Assembly (NCBI GenBank): GCA_965205265.1 | Contig: CBDBGH010000003.1 | Span: 2,048,001 to 2,112,000, forward strand | DNA length: 64,000 nt | Reading direction: 5' to 3' | Origin: Alphaproteobacteria bacterium | GTDB lineage: Bacteria > Pseudomonadota > Alphaproteobacteria > Bin95 | Notes under the pieces: model-generated | What the model saw: the letters and a program-made list of their open reading frames with translations, nothing else | Databases searched by the model: none | What the model was told of the DNA's origin: nothing | Position numbers and translations under genes: made by a program | Shown here: positions 50,815-61,344 of the stretch, in pieces | Position numbering within the stretch: position 1 is the stretch's first letter | How the letters are laid out: every line of letters begins with the position of its first letter

Positions 50815-51708
50815 TCAACTCCGCTGCCGCGGGTCGAGGATGTCGCGAACCGCATCCCCGAACAGGTTGGTACCGAACACGGCGAGGCTGATCGCAATGC
50901 CCGGGAAGATCACCAGCCAGGGCGCGACGCGCACATATTCCGCCGCCGATTCCGACAACATCCGCCCCCAGGAGGGGTGCGGCTCCGGCACGCCGAGGCC
51001 GAGGAAGGAGAGCGAGGCCTCGACCAGGATCGCGGAGCCCAGCTGCGCCGTGAACAGCACGATCAGCGGCGCCAGCGTATTCGGCAGCACATGGCGCACC
51101 GCGACCCGGAGCTCGCTCATGCCCGCCGCCCGCGCCGCCTCCACGAAAGGCATCTCCCGGAGCGACAATGTGCTTGACCGCACCACGCGCGCCACATTGG
51201 GCACGAGCGGTATCGAAATCGCGATGATGGTGTTCTCCAGCGACGGCCCGAGCGAGGCCGCCATGACGAGCGCCAGCACGAGCAGCGGCAGGGCCTGCAT
51301 GATGTCGATCAGGCGCTGCATCAGCAGGTCGAACCAGCCCATCAGGTAGCCCGACATGAGGCCGATCACGATGCCGATCACGCCGCCAAGCAGGATCGAG
51401 GCGACGCCCACGGTCAGCGAGATGCGCGCGCCGTGGATGATGCGGCTCAGCACATCCCGGCCCATCATGTCGGCGCCCATGACGAATGTCGCATCGGGCG
51501 CCTTCAGGGAATCCGGCGCTGAGGTGTGCAGCGGATCGTGCGGCGCCAGCACGTTGGCGAACAACGCCGAGAACACGAAGACGACCACGATGGCAGCGCC
51601 GACCGCGCCGAGCGGATGCTGGCGCATGTAGAAGACCAGCCGACTCCAGTGGCCGGAGACATTCGCGCCGGCGCGCGAGAGTTCCGCCTGATGGTCGATT
51701 TCAGCCAT
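50815..51708 (-). CDS. Peptide ABC permease (DppC-like)
   Basis: [38 protein letters not shown]. Confidence 0.92.
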   Translation of the reverse strand: MAEIDHQAELSRAGANVSGHWSRLVFYMRQHPLGAVGAAIVVVFVFSALFANVLAPHDPLHTSAPDSLKAPDATFVMGADMMGRDVLSRIIHGARISLTVGVASILLGGVIGIVIGLMSGYLMGWFDLLMQRLIDIMQALPLLVLALVMAASLGPSLENTIIAISIPLVPNVARVVRSSTLSLREMPFVEAARAAGMSELRVAVRHVLPNTLAPLIVLFTAQLGSAILVEASLSFLGLGVPEPHPSWGRMLSESAAEYVRVAPWLVIFPGIAISLAVFGTNLFGDAVRDILDPRQRS

Positions 51709-51743
51709 CGTCTCGCTTTCCGGACTGCAGCACGGTGCGTCGG

Positions 51744-52691
51744 TCAGTCGGCATATTTGATCCTCGGGTCGAGCACCGCGTAGAGCATGTCCACCAGGAA
51801 ATTGATGAGCACGGTGACAAGCGCGATCAGCATCACCAGGTTCTGCACGATCGGGTAGTCGCGCATCAGGATCGCCTCGACAAGGAAGTGGGCGACGCCG
51901 GGAATGTTGAAGACCGTCTCGGTGATGATGAGCCCGCCGATCAGGAAGGCGGCCTCGATGCCGATGATGGTCGTCACCGGCAGCACCGCGTTCTTGAGCG
52001 CGTGGTGGTAGTTGACGGAGTTGTCGGTCGCCCCCTTGGAGCGCGCCGTGCGGATATAGTCCTGGCGCATTACCTCCAGCATGGAAGAGCGCGTAAGCCG
52101 CATGATGAGGGCGGACGACCGGAAGCCGACGGCGGCGGCAGGAATGCTGTAGAGCAGCAGCTCGTCCCAGAGATTGTCCGGCGGGTTCATGTAGATCGGG
52201 ATTGTCCCGGTGTATTGCACGAAGGCCATCAGGATCAGCAGGGCGAGCCAGAAGGACGGCAGCGAGAGGCCGCTCAACGAGATGCAGCGCAGCACGTAGT
52301 CCATGCCCGAGTTCTGGCGCACGGCGCTGATGACCCCGAGCGGCAGTCCGAACAGGACCGAGAAGAACAGCGAGAGCGCTGCCAGCTTGGCGGTAATCGG
52401 TATCCGGGGCTGGATTTCGTCCACCACCGGCATTTCGGACACATAGGAGAAGCCGAGGTCCCAGACGATCAATCCCCGGATCCACTCGTAGTACTGGACC
52501 GGTATCGGCTGGTCGAGGCCAAGTTCCCGTTCGATATTGGCCTTCTCCTCCGGGTCCACGAAGCCGGCGGAGTCGAACATGATGTCGGCGATATTGCCGG
52601 GCATCAGCCGCAGCAGCACGAAGATGATGATCGACATCCCGACCAGGGTCAGGATCATCAACAGGAAGCGCTTGACGATATAGGCGCTCAA
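51744..52691 (-). CDS. Peptide ABC permease (DppB-like)
   Basis: QDYIRTARSKG, HALKNA, RDYPIVQ, LDPRI; TTG start. Confidence 0.92.
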   Translation of the reverse strand: MSAYIVKRFLLMILTLVGMSIIIFVLLRLMPGNIADIMFDSAGFVDPEEKANIERELGLDQPIPVQYYEWIRGLIVWDLGFSYVSEMPVVDEIQPRIPITAKLAALSLFFSVLFGLPLGVISAVRQNSGMDYVLRCISLSGLSLPSFWLALLILMAFVQYTGTIPIYMNPPDNLWDELLLYSIPAAAVGFRSSALIMRLTRSSMLEVMRQDYIRTARSKGATDNSVNYHHALKNAVLPVTTIIGIEAAFLIGGLIITETVFNIPGVAHFLVEAILMRDYPIVQNLVMLIALVTVLINFLVDMLYAVLDPRIKYAD

Positions 52692-52792
52692 GGCCCGATC
52701 CCTTCTTCCCGCGCCTCTCGCGGCGAGTTGCGTGCAGGGAAACCGGGGCGCCTCAGAAGACGCCCCGGCTCGTCATCGTCGAAAGGGTCCGG

Positions 52793-54391
52793 CTATTTGT
52801 CGAGCCAGACGTCTTCCAGGCGCCAGTTGTTGTAGAGGCTGTTCACATGCGTGACAAAGCCCTTGACATAAGGCTGCCAGCACTGGGCCGCCTTCGTGTG
52901 GTAGATCATCGGCCGGGCCGCGTCCTCCTGCAGCTTCTTGTCGATCTCCCAGACGAGCTTCTTGCGCTCTTCCTGGTCGGTCATCATCGACTGCTTTTCG
53001 AACAGCGCCTCCATCTCCTCCTTGCAGTAGCCCGTGTAGTTCCGCTGCGAGCCGCAGGAGTAGTTCTCGTAGAGGTTGGCGTCCGGATCGTCCACGCCGA
53101 TGCCGGTCAGGTTCAGGCCGACCATGTAGTCCTTGCGGGCGACCTTGGCGTGCCAGTTGCTGGTCTCGACCGTGTCGAGCTCGGCATCGATATAGATGTG
53201 CTTCAGGTGGTCGATCAGGATGACCGCCGGGTCGCGATAGACGGCGATGTTCCGCGTCGAGACCTTAACTGCGAGCCGGTTGTCCGGCCCGTATCCGAGG
53301 CCCTCCATGATCTTCCGTGCTTCGGCCCGGTTCGCCTCGATATCGGGATTGTAGCCCGCGACCGTCTTCAGGAACTCCGGAGGCATGCCCCAGACGCCCG
53401 ACGGCGGCGGCATCATCGCCCCGCCCTGCAGGGTTTCGCCATGGCCCAGGATATCGATGAAGGCCTGCCGGTCGATGGCGAACACCATGGCCTTGCGGAT
53501 ATCCGCATTGTCGAAGGGCGGATTGTCCTGGTTGACGATCAGGTTGACGCTGACATTGGTCGTGACCAGCTCGCAGACCGCGTCCGGCGCCTGAGACTTG
53601 ACGTCCTTCAGCAGCGGAATGGTGACATCGACATTGAAGGTCATGTCGAACTCGCCGGCGATGAAGGCCAGCACGCGGGTCGAGCGGCTCTTGATGATCG
53701 TCCACTCATGCCCGTCGAGATGCGGCTTGCCTTCCTTCCAGTAGTTCTCGTTCTTCGTGAACTTCACATGCTCGTTCTGCTTGAGGCTGACGAACTTGAA
53801 CGGGCCGGTGCCGATGGGCGCCGTGCGCATCTTCTTCGGCGGCACATGGCAAGGATAGACCGGTGAATAGCCCGAGGCGAGCAGCGCGATGAAGGCCGGC
53901 TGGCGGCGCTTCAGGTGGAAGGTGGCCTCGTGGTCGCCGTTCGTCGTCACTTCCTCGAGGTTCTTGTACCAGGCCTTGCGCGGGTTCTTGCGCAGCTTCG
54001 CCTTGCGCTTGCCGAGCAGAAGGTCCCAGGTGCATTTCACATCGGCGGAAGTGAACGGCTTGCCGTCGTGCCACTGCACGCCCTGGCGCAACTTGAAGGT
54101 GAGCTCGGTGCCGTCGCCGTTCCAGCTCCAGCTCTCCGCCAGATCCGGCACGATGGTCTCGAGGCTGTTCCTCGCGATGCCATGGTCGTACATGATGAGG
54201 TTGTTGAAGACGCCCATGTAAGGCGACAGCGTCGAGTTGGTCGCCTCCTCGTGGATCGAGCCGCTCGGCGGCGTGCCGCGGTGGTAGAATTTCAGGATGC
54301 CGCCGTCCTTCTGCGCGAGCGCCGTCCCGGCATAGCCCGCGAGCATTGCCACGCCGAGGCCGAGCGCCGCGGCGCGTGTGAGATTACCCAT
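52793..54391 (-). CDS. Peptide/nickel ABC substrate-binding protein (family 5)
   Basis: Signal peptide; PDLAESWSW..DG.ELTFKLRQGVQWHDG; GGGAGG RBS. Confidence 0.92.
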   Translation of the reverse strand: MGNLTRAAALGLGVAMLAGYAGTALAQKDGGILKFYHRGTPPSGSIHEEATNSTLSPYMGVFNNLIMYDHGIARNSLETIVPDLAESWSWNGDGTELTFKLRQGVQWHDGKPFTSADVKCTWDLLLGKRKAKLRKNPRKAWYKNLEEVTTNGDHEATFHLKRRQPAFIALLASGYSPVYPCHVPPKKMRTAPIGTGPFKFVSLKQNEHVKFTKNENYWKEGKPHLDGHEWTIIKSRSTRVLAFIAGEFDMTFNVDVTIPLLKDVKSQAPDAVCELVTTNVSVNLIVNQDNPPFDNADIRKAMVFAIDRQAFIDILGHGETLQGGAMMPPPSGVWGMPPEFLKTVAGYNPDIEANRAEARKIMEGLGYGPDNRLAVKVSTRNIAVYRDPAVILIDHLKHIYIDAELDTVETSNWHAKVARKDYMVGLNLTGIGVDDPDANLYENYSCGSQRNYTGYCKEEMEALFEKQSMMTDQEERKKLVWEIDKKLQEDAARPMIYHTKAAQCWQPYVKGFVTHVNSLYNNWRLEDVWLDK

Positions 54392-54490
54392 GCTTGTATC
54401 CCTCCCGGTTCGCATGACGCGGCAGGGATTATGTCGCCACCGTGCCGTTCTGCCAACCCGGCGCCGCAGAGGCGGCAGCGCAGGCGCCCG

Positions 54491-54829
54491 TCAGTTCTCC
54501 ACCGCGTCCAGAGCTTCGCCTTCGGACCCGTGAATCTGGATGATCTTGTCGAAGCCGGAAAGCTGGACAATCTCCCGGACGGTGTCGGGCAACGCGCATA
54601 GCGAGAAGCTGGCATCGCGCCGCCACAGGCCCTTGGCGATCACCAGGACAGCCCGGAGGCCGGCGCTGCTGATATAGGACAACTGGGACAGATTCACGAC
54701 AACGGCGCGGTCGTCGTCCTGGATCGCGGCCTTCATCTTGCTCTCGAAATCGCGAGCCGTGGCGCTGTCGATGCGGCCTTCCGGCACCGCGAGCAAGGCA
54801 CCGCCGCGCCGTTCCATCCTCACTTCCAT
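54491..54829 (-). CDS. STAS-domain anti-sigma factor antagonist (112 aa)
   Basis: GRIDSATA, NLSQLSYISSAGLR, V.EIVQLSGFDKI; AGGAGG RBS. Confidence 0.9.
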   Translation of the reverse strand: MEVRMERRGGALLAVPEGRIDSATARDFESKMKAAIQDDDRAVVVNLSQLSYISSAGLRAVLVIAKGLWRRDASFSLCALPDTVREIVQLSGFDKIIQIHGSEGEALDAVEN

Positions 54830-54832
54830 CCC

Positions 54833-54993
54833 AATTCCTCCTGACCTCGCTTGACGGATTCCGGCACTGCCCAAGCGCCCGTCCCATCGCATTATAGCGG
54901 CTGTTCCCTGCATTTTTGCACGATCCCGCCGCCGGACATAGCCTCCGTTGTAGGCAATTCGCAGAGACTGGAGGTTACAACGGTCCGGGAGAG
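54833..54993 (+). repeat. 161-bp target-site duplication, left copy (IS1634 copy 2)
   Basis: AATTCCTCCTGACC...CCGGGAGAG is identical to 56910-57070. Confidence 0.95.
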
Positions 54994-56909
54994 CCTGACT
55001 TCGACAGTTGGGCTGACTTCTGACCGATCTCGCGTCTGGAGTTTTCAGTAAAGCCAATGAGTTGGCAGTTGCGGTGCGGTCAAGCTGCGTTGTAGTGCCT
55101 AGTAAATCTTTGAGACTGTCAATGCCTCCGCCACGCGCTACACTCCCCCCATGTTCGTGCGCATCAAGACCTCCCCCAACAGCCCGCGACGCTCGGTCCA
55201 GATCGTCGAGGCCGTGCGCGACGGCGGCAAGGTCCGACAGCGCATCGTCCGCCATGTCGGCGTGGCCATGGACGAGGACGAGCTCGAGCGCCTGAGGCAG
55301 CTCGGCGAGTACGTCAAGGCGAAGCTGGAGGACGAGCGTCAGCCGGCATTGTTTGCGCCCGAGAAGATCGCTGAGCAGGCGATCCGTGTCGGCCGCCGGG
55401 GGGACGGCAAGGAGGAACTCCCGGTCGACCTCAAGCAGCTTGAAGAGGAGCAGCGCCTGATCACAGGCATCCACGAGGTCTATGGCGAGATCTACCGGCT
55501 GCTGGGCCTCGACGCGCTGCTGCCGCGCTCGCGCTACCGGGCCTCCCATGACGCGCTGTTCCATGTGGTGATGGCGCGGGTAGCCAACCCCGACAGCAAG
55601 CGGGGCAGCGTGCGCCGGCTCGAGGAGGACTTCGGCGTGAGTCTTCCGCTCGAGAAGGTCTACCGGATGATGGATCAGCTCGACGCGACGGTGATCGAGC
55701 GACTGCGCACGCGCGTCGGCGAGGCGAGCCGGTCGCTGCTGCCGGAGCCGGTCGCGATCCTCTTCTTCGATTGCACCACGCTCTACTTCGAGACGGCCGC
55801 CGAGGACGAGCTTCGCCAGCACGGCTTCAGCAAGGACGGCAAACACAAGGACTCGCAGGTTCTGCTGGCGCTGATGGTGACGCGCGAAGGGCTGCCGATC
55901 AGCTACGAGGTCTTCCCCGGCGCCACCTACGAGGGACACAGCATGGTCCCGGTCCTGCAGGACATGCAGCGCCGCCACCAGGTGGAGCGCACGGTATGCG
56001 TGGCCGACCGGGGCATGCTGAGCGCCGACAACCTCGACGCCATGGACGCCATCGGCGGCGAGTATGTCGTCGGCGCGCGGCTGCGCAAGCTGCCGCTCGC
56101 GCTGCTGGGGCAGGTTCTCGACCCCGGGACCTATGCCCCGCTGGAGGGCTCACAGGACCGCCGGGTCGGCGAGTGGGAGTACAAGGGCCGTCGCCTGATC
56201 GTCGTCTTCTGCCCCCAGCGCGCACGCAAGGACGCGCACGAGCGCCGCCATCAGGTGGAACGCCTGCTCGACAGGCTGGCCCGCAGCGACAATCCCAGGG
56301 AACTGCTCTCCAATCACGGGGCGAAGCGCTTCATCGCCGTCGAGGGCGACGCACGGCTCACGGTGAACCCGGAGAAGATCGCCGAGGCCGCACGATGGGA
56401 CGGGCTCACCGGCGTCATCACCAATCTGCGCGACGCGCGCGTCACCGAAGTGATGGCTCACTACCAGGGGCTCTGGCAGGTCGAGGAGAGCTTCCGGATC
56501 ACCAAACACGACCTGAAGATACGTCCCATCTGGCACTGGAACCCGGACCGGATCCGCGCTCACATCGCCATCGCCTTCCTGGCCTTCGCCTGCGTTCGAC
56601 ACCTTGCGTACCGCGTCGCCATCCAGAAGCGGCGGATGTCCCCGGAGGTCATCCGCTCCGCCCTCGTCCACCGCCAGTGCTCCCTGCTGCGCTGTCGGCA
56701 ATCGGGCAACCGCTACGTCATCCCCTCGAAGCCGACACCGGCGGCGGAGCAGATTTACGCAACCATGGGGCTGCCCCTGACGATCACCCCGTATCAACTC
56801 GCCTGACCGTCGACGAAGCACGGCTCGAAGAAATGCCGGATGTAGTGCCTAGCCGAAATGAGAACCAGGCAATATCAACTACTTATGCGAATCAACCGTC
56901 GAAGTCAGG
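54994..56909 (+). mobile_element. IS1634-family insertion sequence, copy 2 (1916 bp)
   Basis: Same as 520-2435; the only difference noticed is G>A at position 13 of the left TIR. Confidence 0.93.
55151..56806 (+). CDS. IS1634-family DDE transposase (551 aa)
   Basis: Translation identical to 677-2332. Confidence 0.92.
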   Translation: MFVRIKTSPNSPRRSVQIVEAVRDGGKVRQRIVRHVGVAMDEDELERLRQLGEYVKAKLEDERQPALFAPEKIAEQAIRVGRRGDGKEELPVDLKQLEEEQRLITGIHEVYGEIYRLLGLDALLPRSRYRASHDALFHVVMARVANPDSKRGSVRRLEEDFGVSLPLEKVYRMMDQLDATVIERLRTRVGEASRSLLPEPVAILFFDCTTLYFETAAEDELRQHGFSKDGKHKDSQVLLALMVTREGLPISYEVFPGATYEGHSMVPVLQDMQRRHQVERTVCVADRGMLSADNLDAMDAIGGEYVVGARLRKLPLALLGQVLDPGTYAPLEGSQDRRVGEWEYKGRRLIVVFCPQRARKDAHERRHQVERLLDRLARSDNPRELLSNHGAKRFIAVEGDARLTVNPEKIAEAARWDGLTGVITNLRDARVTEVMAHYQGLWQVEESFRITKHDLKIRPIWHWNPDRIRAHIAIAFLAFACVRHLAYRVAIQKRRMSPEVIRSALVHRQCSLLRCRQSGNRYVIPSKPTPAAEQIYATMGLPLTITPYQLA

Positions 56910-57070
56910 AATTCCTCCTGACCTCGCTTGACGGATTCCGGCACTGCCCAAGCGCCCGTCCCATCGCATTATAGCGGCTGTTCCCTGCATTTTTGCACGA
57001 TCCCGCCGCCGGACATAGCCTCCGTTGTAGGCAATTCGCAGAGACTGGAGGTTACAACGGTCCGGGAGAG
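56910..57070 (+). repeat. 161-bp target-site duplication, right copy
   Basis: Identical to 54833-54993 and abuts the right TIR. Confidence 0.95.
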
Positions 57071-57095
57071 CGCCGAAGCCGGCCTCCGTGCGATA

Positions 57096-60000
57096 TCAGC
57101 GATCGCCCGCAAACAGCGCATCGACATGCCTCGCGGCGCGGGCGGAGACCTCCTCGACCGAGCGGGAGAGGGCTTCCAACACCAGTTTGCCGCCGGACCG
57201 GCCAATCGCGCCGGCCAGCGCCAACCCCGTCGCCTCTTCGGCAAGCTCTCCGTCCGCAGCCAATTGCGCGAGACCCCAGAGGTTGCGCCAGAGACGCGCG
57301 GCTTCCATGAGGTCTTCCGCCGCTGCTGCGCCGATGGACCCCAGGGCATGTGCGGTCTCGAAGACCTCCACCGCAGCGCCCTGCAGGATCGCCGGGCGCT
57401 CGGCAGCGTGGAGCAGCCGCAGGAAATCCGCCGCCGCGGCCACGTCCCGCAGGCCGCCCGGCCGGTGCTCGATGGCCCGGACGCCGTCGCCGGCGTCGGC
57501 TCCCCGGCCGCGCATGGCAGCCAGCCCGGCGGCCAGCGGGCCCGCCAGACGGGGCGCAGCCAGCGCGGCGCGCTGCGCTTCCTCGAACCGGTCTGCTAAT
57601 CCACCCTCGGACCGCACGACCCGGGCGCGCCGCAGCGCCGCGAGTTCGGGGGCCCCGGCGCGTCCGTGCGGATAGTCCAGAAAGGCCCGCAGCGAACAGG
57701 CGAGCGGACCGCTGGTTCCCGTTTCCCGCGGGCGCATGTCGGTCCGGTAGAGACCGCCTTCCGCGGTTTCCGCGGTCAGCGCGGCCATCAGGCGGCGGCA
57801 GAGCCGCGCATAATAGGTGTCCGGGTCCAGGGGCCTCGGGCCGTCCGATGCCGCGCCCTCATGATCGTAAAGCAGCATGAGGTCGAGCTCGGAGCTGACT
57901 GTCATCTCGCGGCACCCGAGGTCGCCGAACGCGAGCACCGCCGCCCGTCCGCCCGGCACGCGCCCGTGGGCTGCCGCAAACGCTTCCTGCACGGCTGGCA
58001 TCAGCGCGCCGACGCACGCATCGGCAATGTCGGCCAATGGCGGCGCGGCCTCTTCCGGAGAAAGCCGCCCGCGCAGCATATGGGCGCCGATCTGGAACAG
58101 GCGGTCGTTCGCCCAGCGCCGCACGGCATCGAGCAGGTCCGGAAGATCGCCGGCGCGGCCGGCCGCCTCCAGTTCCGCCTGCATTTCCGCCCGGCCGAAC
58201 TCCCGCGCGTAGAAAAGCCGCACCAGCCCCCGCCGGGCGGCCTCCGCCATTTCCGGCTCCAGCCCCTCCTCGTCCGGCAGGTCGAGATCGGTGAAATCGC
58301 GGCTGAGCGCGCTTTCCAGCAGCAGTGGACGGCGCGTCATCCAGCCGGCAAGCAGGGGCGCGGACCCGACGACATCCGTGACGATGCCGAGCAGTTCGGG
58401 CCGTGCTGCCAGCAGGGAAAACAGCCGCCGGTCGGGCGGCAGCCCGGCCAGGAACCGGTCGAAGCGCGACAGGGCCGCATCGGGGTCGGGCGCCGCCGCA
58501 AAGGCCGCAAGGATATTCGGCAGCAGCCTCGCGAGCAGCGCGCGCGCCTCGTCGCTTCGCAGCACCGGCGCTCCGCCTGCGAGCCAGCGCCGCACCAGCG
58601 CCGCAGCCTCTCCGGCGTCGGCATAGCCCATGCCCGCCAGCGCCGTTTCCGCCGCGCCATCCGCGCGAAAGTCCACACCTTCGGCGTCAGCGGCATCCAG
58701 CGGGTCCTCGAACAGCGCACCGTAATGGCGTTCGACCGCCGCGATATGCGCGTTCAGCCGGTCTTCGAACGCGCCGGCGGAGGGAAAGGCCAGGAAGGCT
58801 GCGATTCCGGCGATGCCCGAGTCGCTGTCGGGCAGGCTGTGGGTCTGCCGGTCGTCCACCATCTGCAGCCGGTGCTCCACGCCGCGCTGGAAGCCGTAGG
58901 CGGCGCGCAGCTCCGCCGCCGCGCCGGGATCGACATGGCCCGCCGACACGAGCGCCGCCAGCGACTCAAGCGTGGCGCATCCGCGAAGGCCGGAATCCCG
59001 TCCGCCCCAAAGAAGCTGCTGCGCCTGCACGAAGAACTCGATCTCGCGGATACCGCCGCGGCCGAGCTTGACATTGTGTCCCTCGAGACCCCGGCCGCCC
59101 GCGCCGCGCGCGGCGTCGATCTGCTCCTTGATCGCCCTGATGTCCTGCGCCGCGTCGAAATCGAGATGGCGGCGCCAGATGAAGGGCTGCAGGGTCTCCA
59201 GAAACGCCTCGCCCGCCTCGATGTCGCCTGCGACCGGACGGGCCTTTATCATCGCCGCGCGCTCCCAGTTGCGCCCGGCCGTGCGGTAATAGACCTCCGC
59301 CGAGCGGACCGAGACGGCGGGCGGGGTGGAGCCCGGATCGGGGCGCAGCCGGAGGTCGGTGCGGAACACGTAACCCTGCGCGGTCTGCTGGCCCATGATG
59401 CGCACGAGCTCCTGCGCGAGCCGCGCAAAGACCCGCTGCACGCCGCGTCTGCCGACATAAGGCGTCCGGTCCTGGTCGTAGAACAGGATCAGGTCGATAT
59501 CGCTCGAATAGTTGAGCTCCCGGGCCCCGAGCTTGCCCATGCCGAGCGCGAACAGGCCGGAATCGCGCTCCGGATCGCCGGGCTCCGGCAGCGCCAGCTC
59601 GCCCGCTTCGTGCAGGCCGCGCAGCAGGTGCCGCAGGGCCGCGCCGAGCGCCGCCGCCGCAAACCCGGAAAGCGCGTCCGTCACCTTCTCCAGCGGCCAG
59701 ACGCCGGCGATGTCCCCGAGCGCAATGGCGAGCGCCGCGCGCCGCTTGGCCCGGCGCAGGCGAAGCATGATGTCGGCGAGCGATTCCTCCGCGAAGCCCG
59801 CGCGGTCGGCAGCCCCTTCCTGCGCCGCGCAGAAGGCCGCGTCCGGCCCGGCCTCCAGCGCCAGCCGCGCGAAGCCGGGATCGGAGATCAGGCTCTGGCT
59901 GAGATAAGGGCTGTTCGCAAACACCGAGGAGAGCAGCCGCCCGGCCGCCGCATCCCCCTCTGCCTCCAGCATGAAGGCGCGCAGCCCGTCGTCTACCGCC

Positions 60001-60110
60001 TCCTGCGCCGCTTCGCGCCAGCGCCGCCAGCAGGTTTCCGCCGCCTCGGCATCGGCTGCAATCGGCAGCCGCGCTTCACTGTCGAACCAGTCTCCCGCCA
60101 GACCCGCCAT
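57096..60110 (-). CDS. glnE: Glutamine synthetase adenylyltransferase/adenylyl-removing enzyme
   Basis: GMGKLGARELNYSSDIDL, FRTDLRLRPDP, WERAAMIKAR, VKLGRGGIREIEF; second NT domain degenerate. Confidence 0.9.
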   Translation of the reverse strand: MAGLAGDWFDSEARLPIAADAEAAETCWRRWREAAQEAVDDGLRAFMLEAEGDAAAGRLLSSVFANSPYLSQSLISDPGFARLALEAGPDAAFCAAQEGAADRAGFAEESLADIMLRLRRAKRRAALAIALGDIAGVWPLEKVTDALSGFAAAALGAALRHLLRGLHEAGELALPEPGDPERDSGLFALGMGKLGARELNYSSDIDLILFYDQDRTPYVGRRGVQRVFARLAQELVRIMGQQTAQGYVFRTDLRLRPDPGSTPPAVSVRSAEVYYRTAGRNWERAAMIKARPVAGDIEAGEAFLETLQPFIWRRHLDFDAAQDIRAIKEQIDAARGAGGRGLEGHNVKLGRGGIREIEFFVQAQQLLWGGRDSGLRGCATLESLAALVSAGHVDPGAAAELRAAYGFQRGVEHRLQMVDDRQTHSLPDSDSGIAGIAAFLAFPSAGAFEDRLNAHIAAVERHYGALFEDPLDAADAEGVDFRADGAAETALAGMGYADAGEAAALVRRWLAGGAPVLRSDEARALLARLLPNILAAFAAAPDPDAALSRFDRFLAGLPPDRRLFSLLAARPELLGIVTDVVGSAPLLAGWMTRRPLLLESALSRDFTDLDLPDEEGLEPEMAEAARRGLVRLFYAREFGRAEMQAELEAAGRAGDLPDLLDAVRRWANDRLFQIGAHMLRGRLSPEEAAPPLADIADACVGALMPAVQEAFAAAHGRVPGGRAAVLAFGDLGCREMTVSSELDLMLLYDHEGAASDGPRPLDPDTYYARLCRRLMAALTAETAEGGLYRTDMRPRETGTSGPLACSLRAFLDYPHGRAGAPELAALRRARVVRSEGGLADRFEEAQRAALAAPRLAGPLAAGLAAMRGRGADAGDGVRAIEHRPGGLRDVAAAADFLRLLHAAERPAILQGAAVEVFETAHALGSIGAAAAEDLMEAARLWRNLWGLAQLAADGELAEEATGLALAGAIGRSGGKLVLEALSRSVEEVSARAARHVDALFAGDR

Positions 60111-60150
60111 CCGGAGCCGCCTCGCGATCGGGGGTCCGGAAAGGCTGCGC

Positions 60151-61302
60151 TCATTTCCCCTGGATGTCGAGCGTGCGCGTCTCCTCCAGTACCCGATCCA
60201 CCACGGCGCGGAGCGCCTCACGGTGGTCCGCGCCCTCCAACCGGCTGACTTCGTAGCATTCGAGCTGCCGGTCCGCCGACGCGCCGTCATACAGGATTGC
60301 CGAAATCCGGCGGAGGTCCTCCTCGCAGCCGAGCGCGCGGGCGTCCTCCGCAACATCCTCCACCAGCGCCTCGACACAGTCCGCGATATCGACGCGCCCG
60401 CCCCGCTCCGCGTCGCCGATGAATGCGAGCGTACCGTAGCGCTGGGCCAGCCAGCAGTTCTCGGCGATGATTTCCGTCGGCGGCTCGGGCGGCAGCCCCT
60501 CCGCTTTGTCCTGCCGCGACAACCGCCGCAGCAGCGCGGCGTAGAGAGCCGCCAGGGCTATCGACTCGTCCATGTGCGGGCAGATGTCGCAGCTCCTGAG
60601 CTCGATGGTCGGATAGGCGTGGGACGGGCGGATGTCCGGGCGCATCTCGCTGCTGTCCCGGAGCGCGCCGATGCGCCGGTAATCCTCAACGAGGCGGTCG
60701 AATTCGGCCTGCGACCGGAACGGACGGGGAAGCCCGGTGCGCGGCAGCGCCCCGATGATGATGGGCCTGTAGGACTTGTAGCCGGTGAAGCCGCCGTCGT
60801 TGAAAGGAGAGGACGCCGAGAGCGCGATGAACGCCGGCAGATGGCGCCGGATCGCCGTCATCACGCGTATGCGCGAATCCGGGTCGCCGAAACCGGCATG
60901 GATGTGCATGCCGCCGACCATGAAGCGGCGGACGGCCTCCTGCATCGCTATCTCGAATTCGCGGTAGCGCACCTTCGGCGTCACCTGCTGCTCGCGCCAG
61001 GCTGCGAAGGGATGCGTCGAGGCCGCCATCGCCCGCGCGCCGTAAGCCTCCGCCGATTCGACGACCAGGCGGCGGGTTTCGGCAAGCGCGGCGCGCAGGT
61101 CCGCTATGGAGGCGCACACCCGCGTGTTGGTCTCGACCTGGGAGCGCAGCAGTTCCGGCACCACCTTGTGCGGGCCGCTCTCCCGCTCGCAGCGCTCCAT
61201 GATCCCCGGATCGGGATCGGCGATGATGTCGCGCGTTTCGGGATCGACCAGGAAGAACTCCTCCTCGATGCCGAAGGTGAATGTCAGGCCGGCTTCCGTC
61301 AT
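60151..61302 (-). CDS. Carboxylate-amine ligase (YbdK/GCS2 family)
   Basis: TFGIEEEFFLVD, QVETNT, GMHIH, ALSASSPF, DIRP..YPTIELR.CD. Confidence 0.9.
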   Translation of the reverse strand: MTEAGLTFTFGIEEEFFLVDPETRDIIADPDPGIMERCERESGPHKVVPELLRSQVETNTRVCASIADLRAALAETRRLVVESAEAYGARAMAASTHPFAAWREQQVTPKVRYREFEIAMQEAVRRFMVGGMHIHAGFGDPDSRIRVMTAIRRHLPAFIALSASSPFNDGGFTGYKSYRPIIIGALPRTGLPRPFRSQAEFDRLVEDYRRIGALRDSSEMRPDIRPSHAYPTIELRSCDICPHMDESIALAALYAALLRRLSRQDKAEGLPPEPPTEIIAENCWLAQRYGTLAFIGDAERGGRVDIADCVEALVEDVAEDARALGCEEDLRRISAILYDGASADRQLECYEVSRLEGADHREALRAVVDRVLEETRTLDIQGK

Positions 61303-61344
61303 CGCTTCGCTCCGCGCGACCGGTGTGGCGCATCGTCCGTCTTC

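Noticed and set aside
54491-55978. 495-aa minus-strand ORF
   Set aside because: Antisense transposase frame running through the DR into the real 112-aa STAS gene.
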